DNA of 64,000 nt, taken from positions 992,001-1,056,000 of the forward strand of contig OZ251219.1 in the NCBI GenBank assembly GCA_965240465.1, read 5' to 3'. This DNA is from a bacterium. Lineage in GTDB: Bacteria > SAR324 > JACQKK01. Shown here in pieces: positions 58,936 to 64,000 of the stretch. The notes under the pieces are model-generated. The model worked only from the letters and a program-made list of their open reading frames with translations, did no database searches and was not told the origin of the DNA. The first letter of the stretch is position 1. The number at the start of each line of letters is the position of its first letter. The position numbers were made by a program, and so were the translations under genes.

Positions 58936-60555
58936 TTGGAAACACCTGTTGGGAACATAAGCATTAAGCACTCTGGGTGTCGGGCTAATATGAGGTATAG
59001 AGAAAGAAGCGTGATGATGAGATTGAAGCGTAGGAATTGGTATTCTGGGTGGGCGGCTACTTGCGTTCTTGCGGGAACGATTGTTTGTGCGGGAGCGTTT
59101 TTTGGAGGGGGTGTTCCAGTGGCCCAGGCAGAGCTGGCGATCAACTTGCCACGGGTGATGGTACATGATGACGCCTTACGCTTGGTAGAAGTCCTGAAGA
59201 ACGCGTCTTTGCGAGGGCGTTTGGTACAGAATATGGCTATTGAAAGGGTAGGTGAAGAAGAAGGATATGTTTTGCGGGTATCGTTGGAAGAGGTAGGTTC
59301 TCAGGTGTGGGACATGCATTTTTTAAGGAGATGGAGTCAAGACGGTGATTTGGTGCTAGCAGGGAATAGAGCACTGATTTTCCCAGACCGTTATAACAAT
59401 CGGTTTGCGATTTTGGACAAGCAAAAATTTGTTTCTTTGCTATTGCGGTCTTCTGTATATGCCAAAGTATATGAGGGCGATGATGTTCTGGATGGTGAAG
59501 TAATTCTCCACCGAGTACGCCGCTTTAGCTTTGTAAGGTCTCTGCGTTTAGGCAAGAGCCGTGATTTCCATGGTTATCGGCATGAGTATGTTTTGGATCT
59601 CAGCAATGGGCAACGGGAACTTATAAGCTATCGTCAGGCTCTGCGGGTACTGGAAAAGGGTTATGCGGGGACAGCCCCAAAAGGGGCACAAATAATTGAG
59701 CGTCTTAATGAGATTAAAGAGATACGCGTACTGCCCTTGAAACCTAATAAGAGTCAACAGGCAAAGCGATTTGGGATGGAGTTAGTTTATGCTAACCCAG
59801 TTAAATTGAGTTCCCAGCATTATAGGCTTCAGCTGCGGGAACAGCGTGGGGCTTTGCTGGGTGCTTTTAACAACTACTTTAACTTGGAAATTATGCTCCC
59901 TAGTGCAATCTTGCCAGAGGAAATTTCCGTAGTAGAAAAAGTAGGTTTCTTACGCAAGGTTCGGGTAGTCAGACATCCAGATTATCCAGATCTCCTTGTT
60001 CTGAGTGCCAGAATCTCGACTGATTTCCTCACCGCCAATCCCCATGTACAGGTGAATGGAAATACCGTCCAATTCGTTTTCACTCAACTACAAGATCTCA
60101 CCGTCTTTGATGCCAAAGCCCTGGCAGAAGCAGAACAACAAAGAAAACAACAATTAATAACAGGAAAAAAACTTAGCCCTGAAGACATCCGTGACCAAAA
60201 ACGCTACCAACAGCATATGCAAACAGCCATATCACAGCTAAACCGAGCCCTCTCAATTCCAGTTGGTCTGAAGCGTTTCCAGCTGGAAGCTTCCTCTCTA
60301 CTGAATTTTGTGGAAGCTTCCAAAAACGTTAACAATGAAATAGAACTCATCAGCATACTAAAAGAACGAGATCGCCTGATAGCCAGCCTCACCTACCGCC
60401 TAGCTGACTTTGCTGAAGAATTCTTAAATAGTGGACTCGGCAATCCCAACAGTATTGTCCCACTACTACGCCAAGTAGAACCATTTGCCATAACACCAGA
60501 ACTACAACAACGATTCCAATCTCTAATAGATAATTCACAATCCCCACGCTTGTAA
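58936..60555 (+). CDS. Hypothetical exported protein
   Basis: 539-aa ORF; signal-peptide-like region ending VAQA; true start probably about 59014; no family recognised. Confidence 0.7.
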   Translation: METPVGNISIKHSGCRANMRYRERSVMMRLKRRNWYSGWAATCVLAGTIVCAGAFFGGGVPVAQAELAINLPRVMVHDDALRLVEVLKNASLRGRLVQNMAIERVGEEEGYVLRVSLEEVGSQVWDMHFLRRWSQDGDLVLAGNRALIFPDRYNNRFAILDKQKFVSLLLRSSVYAKVYEGDDVLDGEVILHRVRRFSFVRSLRLGKSRDFHGYRHEYVLDLSNGQRELISYRQALRVLEKGYAGTAPKGAQIIERLNEIKEIRVLPLKPNKSQQAKRFGMELVYANPVKLSSQHYRLQLREQRGALLGAFNNYFNLEIMLPSAILPEEISVVEKVGFLRKVRVVRHPDYPDLLVLSARISTDFLTANPHVQVNGNTVQFVFTQLQDLTVFDAKALAEAEQQRKQQLITGKKLSPEDIRDQKRYQQHMQTAISQLNRALSIPVGLKRFQLEASSLLNFVEASKNVNNEIELISILKERDRLIASLTYRLADFAEEFLNSGLGNPNSIVPLLRQVEPFAITPELQQRFQSLIDNSQSPRL

Positions 60556-60728
60556 AAGATCAAATATTCCTCTCAGTCCATGTCCGAATGGCTTTAAGCT
60601 TCTTTGCAAAGGTTTCAAATGTTTATCATCGGTAATTTTGTATTATGACCTACATTCATCGCTTGTTTTTAGGTGTGAATATATGTCTTAATGAGTACCT
60701 GATGGTTTTTTGCTCTCGGAGTTAATAT

Positions 60729-60908
60729 ATGGCTGTTCCTCAAGTTCGCACTTCTCGCCGTAAGCGTAATATGCGTCGTAGTCACCATGCCTTGCGTAGT
60801 CCCTCATTGGTACGTTGCAAGCAATGTGAGTCTTTAATAAGGCGGCACCGGATATGTTCCTCATGTGGGTATTTCAAGGGAAAATCAGTTCTACCCAAAG
60901 AGACTTAA
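60729..60908 (+). CDS. rpmF: 50S ribosomal protein L32 (zinc-ribbon form; missed by the ORF track)
   Basis: Manual translation MAVPQVRTSRRKRNMRRSHHAL..CKQC..HRICSSCGYFKG, 59 aa. Confidence 0.96.
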   Translation: MAVPQVRTSRRKRNMRRSHHALRSPSLVRCKQCESLIRRHRICSSCGYFKGKSVLPKET

Positions 60909-60949
60909 GGGATAGGTTTTTTGATTTTGATAACCAGAGATAATACCCT

Positions 60950-61879
60950 GTGAACGCGCTGATTTTTCCTGGTCAAGGGTCGCAACAGGTGGGGATGGGG
61001 ATTGATTTTGCTGATAATCACGCCTTGGCACGCCAATTATTTGAAGAAGCCAATGATACGCTGGGGTTTAATCTACAAAAGCTATGTCAAGAGGGTCCAT
61101 TTGAGGAGTTGACTGATACTCCCAATACTCAAGTAGCCTTGTTAACGGTGGGATATATCGCCCATCGCTTGCTGGCAGAACGAGTTTCTGTGCGTCCTAT
61201 TTGTGTAACAGGACACAGCGTAGGCGAGTACACGGCCTTAGTAGCGGCAGAAGCCTTGAGTTTTACTGAAGCAGTGCAGGCTGTTTATCAGCGGGGAAAG
61301 TTTATGAAAGGAACTGCCTCCACGGGGCAGGGAACCATGGCTGCCATTTTAGGACAAGAGGATGAGGCAGTAGAATTATTATGTCGGGAGGTAGTCCAGG
61401 CAAGCGGCGGGCAGGAAGTGCTAGTGGCTGCCAATTACAATTGCCCCAAGCAGGTGGTGGTTTCAGGTCATATTGAGGCAGTGGAGCGAATTTTACAACA
61501 GGCAAAGGGCAAACCTTTGGCAGTGAGTGGAGCTTTTCACTCCCCGTTGATGTTTCCTGCAGTAGAAAAAATGGCTACGGTGTTGGAAAAAATTGCTTGG
61601 CGAGATGCTCAGGTGCCGGTGGTGGCTAATTTTGACAACCGCTTTCTAGTGGAAGCAGGTCAATTTACCGATTCGCTCAAGAATCAGATTTGTTCTCCAG
61701 TGCGTTGGCACAGTGGAGTGTGTGCCATGATTGCACGCCAAGCGGAGTGTTTTATAGAACTAGGTAGTGGCAGTGTACTAAGTGGCTTAATGAAGCGTAT
61801 AGACAATGCAAAAGAGCGTTTGCAGGTGGTAGATGATACCTCATTGGCAGACACGGTGAAACTCTTGGAATCCCGCTAA
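60950..61879 (+). CDS. fabD: Malonyl-CoA:ACP transacylase
   Basis: FPGQGSQ, GHSVGEY, VSGAFHS. Confidence 0.96.
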   Translation: MNALIFPGQGSQQVGMGIDFADNHALARQLFEEANDTLGFNLQKLCQEGPFEELTDTPNTQVALLTVGYIAHRLLAERVSVRPICVTGHSVGEYTALVAAEALSFTEAVQAVYQRGKFMKGTASTGQGTMAAILGQEDEAVELLCREVVQASGGQEVLVAANYNCPKQVVVSGHIEAVERILQQAKGKPLAVSGAFHSPLMFPAVEKMATVLEKIAWRDAQVPVVANFDNRFLVEAGQFTDSLKNQICSPVRWHSGVCAMIARQAECFIELGSGSVLSGLMKRIDNAKERLQVVDDTSLADTVKLLESR

Positions 61880-62145
61880 TGAAGGTGATGTCTCTAAATG
61901 TTGCCCGCGGGATTTAGCAAGATATTGAGGCGAATCTTGAGTAAAATACATATTTTTAAAACGAAAAAGCTTTTTTGGGTGTATTGTGAGCGGGAATGTG
62001 AGATAAAGCCGAATAAGTGCCGATAAGATATTATCATCAGTTACGTTGGGAGTAGAGGATTTTCAGGTGAGTTGGGTGTGAGCAGATGGCAGAGGAATGA
62101 GCATGAGAAGTTTCGTTTGGCATAGGAAATAGGAAAAATGAAAGA

Positions 62146-62895
62146 ATGACCTTGGAGATGATATTGAAAGACAAAACTGCGATCGTAACAGGCGGTAGTC
62201 GGGGAATTGGTAGGGCGGTGTCCTTAGAGTTTGCACGCTGTGGTGCTAAGGTGGCTTTTTGTAATCGTAGTGCCGAATCCCGCACAGAAGTAAAGCGGGA
62301 AATTGAATCCTTGGGGGTTGATTGCTTGGCGGTGGAGGCTGATGCAGGAAATCCGGAACAAATTCAAGGTTTTATTGATGAGGTTATCAAATCTTGGGGA
62401 CGGATTGATATTTTGGTGAACAATGCGGGGATCACCAAGGATGGCTTGTTATTACGTATGAGTATTGAAGATTGGCGCGAGGTCATGCGGGTGAATTTGG
62501 ATGGAATGTTTTATGCCATTCGGGGAGTGACCAAGCATATGGTACGCCAGCGTTGTGGACGGATTATCAATATTGGGTCGGTGGTAGGCAGTACGGGAAA
62601 CGCAGGTCAGGTGAACTATGCTAGTGCTAAGGCGGCGGTGGTAGGGTTGACAAAATCGGTGGCCAAAGAGCTAGGAACGCGCGGGATAACTTGTAACGCT
62701 GTAGCTCCTGGTTATATAGAAACCGACATGACAGGAGGGTTGACAGATACTCAGAGAGATAATTTATTAGCCAGCATTCCCTTAAGGCGGATTGGCCAAG
62801 CAGAAGAAATAGCCCGGGCAGTACGTTTTTTGGTGAGTGAGGATGCCAATTATGTGACGGGAGAAATATTGCATGTAAATGGGGGATTGTTTTAA
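62146..62895 (+). CDS. fabG: 3-oxoacyl-ACP reductase
   Basis: TGGSRGIG, NNAGIT, NYASAK; start may be 62158. Confidence 0.96.
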   Translation: MTLEMILKDKTAIVTGGSRGIGRAVSLEFARCGAKVAFCNRSAESRTEVKREIESLGVDCLAVEADAGNPEQIQGFIDEVIKSWGRIDILVNNAGITKDGLLLRMSIEDWREVMRVNLDGMFYAIRGVTKHMVRQRCGRIINIGSVVGSTGNAGQVNYASAKAAVVGLTKSVAKELGTRGITCNAVAPGYIETDMTGGLTDTQRDNLLASIPLRRIGQAEEIARAVRFLVSEDANYVTGEILHVNGGLF

Positions 62896-63075
62896 TAATT
62901 TTTTTAGGTATACATTTTCCTGTTATAATTTCTTCATAAACTATTGACTTTCTTTATAGGCTTATTATAAACCCTTGCAGGGTTACTCCAGTGTAACAGA
63001 CATTATTTTTTTTATTGTTAATGATAATCTTAGCCCGCAGATAATTTTTATTTACCATAAGAGAGGAAAATCAAA

Positions 63076-63306
63076 GTGAGTGTACCAGATAAAGTAAAAT
63101 CTATTATTGCTGAGCAATTGGGGGTTGAGGAATCTGAAATAAAATCAGAGTCTCATTTCGTCAATGATTTGGGGGCAGATTCCCTAGATACCGTAGAGTT
63201 GGTTATGGCATTTGAGGAAGAATTCGGGATTGAGATTCCCGATGAAGATGCTGAAAAAATAACTGTGGTGCAGACTGCGATTGACTATATAAAAGATAAT
63301 CAATAG
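63076..63306 (+). CDS. acpP: Acyl carrier protein
   Basis: [20 protein letters not shown]. Confidence 0.98.
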   Translation: MSVPDKVKSIIAEQLGVEESEIKSESHFVNDLGADSLDTVELVMAFEEEFGIEIPDEDAEKITVVQTAIDYIKDNQ

Positions 63307-63408
63307 TACAGAGCATGTTTGTACAAGTTGTCTAGGTAACCCGATGATGGCTAGTAAAGCCTGTGTGCTGTGCCATAATTTTTGATGCAGGTGCATTTAG
63401 GAGTTTGA

Positions 63409-64000
63409 ATGGAAAAGCGAGTTGTAGTTACGGGTCTAGGATGTGTTAGCCCGTTAGGCAACGACGTAAAAAGCACCTGGGATGGACTGAAAGAAGGCCG
63501 TTCTGGTACTGGTAGTATTGCAAAGTTTGATGCTTCTGGCTATCGTTGTCAGGTGTCAGCAGAAGTGAAAAATTTTGATGCTGATGCGGTTATCAGTACG
63601 AAAGATCAACGCAAAATGGATGTGTACATCCATTTTGCAATGGTGGCTGCTCAGCAGGCAATCACTGAAAGCGGTCCCAAGCTGGAAGGAAAACTCGCTG
63701 AACGCACAGGAGTTTCTGTCGGAGTGGGCATCGGAGGAATGTTCAGCATTGAAAAATATCACAAGGTACTACTAGAAAGTGGACCCCGTAAGGTATCCCC
63801 GTTTATGATCCCAATGATCATCGCTAACATGGCAGCGGGGCAGATATCTATGCGTTTTAATTGTCGTGGTTACTCAGCTTGCACCACTTCTGCTTGCTCT
63901 TCTTCTAATCATTCCATTGGGGACGCCTTTCGCATCGTGCAGAGAGGCGATGCTGACATTATGGTGGTTGGTGGCTCAGAATCTAGCATCACTCCCTTAA
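63409..64000 (+). CDS. fabF: 3-oxoacyl-ACP synthase II (partial, runs off the window)
   Basis: Manual translation MEKRVVVTGLGCVSPLGN.., GPRKVSPF, TSACSS active-site Cys; AGGAG RBS. Confidence 0.95.
   Translation, partial: MEKRVVVTGLGCVSPLGNDVKSTWDGLKEGRSGTGSIAKFDASGYRCQVSAEVKNFDADAVISTKDQRKMDVYIHFAMVAAQQAITESGPKLEGKLAERTGVSVGVGIGGMFSIEKYHKVLLESGPRKVSPFMIPMIIANMAAGQISMRFNCRGYSACTTSACSSSNHSIGDAFRIVQRGDADIMVVGGSESSITPL

Overview
A 64 kb stretch of core chromosome from a Gram-negative bacterium. LPS genes and the gene complement suggest a deltaproteobacterial or SAR324-like lineage (inference only). It carries TCA and central-metabolism genes (transaldolase, sucAB, icd, a mycobacterial Sdh1-type succinate dehydrogenase, class I fumarase), pyrB, replication genes (dnaE, holA, dnaG), pcnB, a Dpp/Opp ABC transporter without ATPases, ergothioneine genes egtBD and a plastid/chlamydial-type glycerol-3-phosphate acyltransferase. 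It also carries five tRNAs (none with encoded CCA), secE-nusG-rplKAJL, clpP, two membrane signalling enzymes, ybeY, aspS, LPS transferases and rpmF-fabD-fabG-acpP-fabF (truncated at the window end). No CRISPR array, integrase or transposase was found. The most unusual signals are: (1) a strong kilobase-scale oscillation of G/T versus C/A strand bias that runs through genes regardless of orientation; (2) a stand-alone HTH plus AbrB/SymE-fold regulator behind a perfect 29-bp palindrome, next to an HNH gene; (3) two related 13-bp intergenic tandem arrays; (4) an orphan DNA methyltransferase abutting a UvrD helicase and a lone GspE/PilB ATPase; (5) systematic break-up of normally conserved operons.
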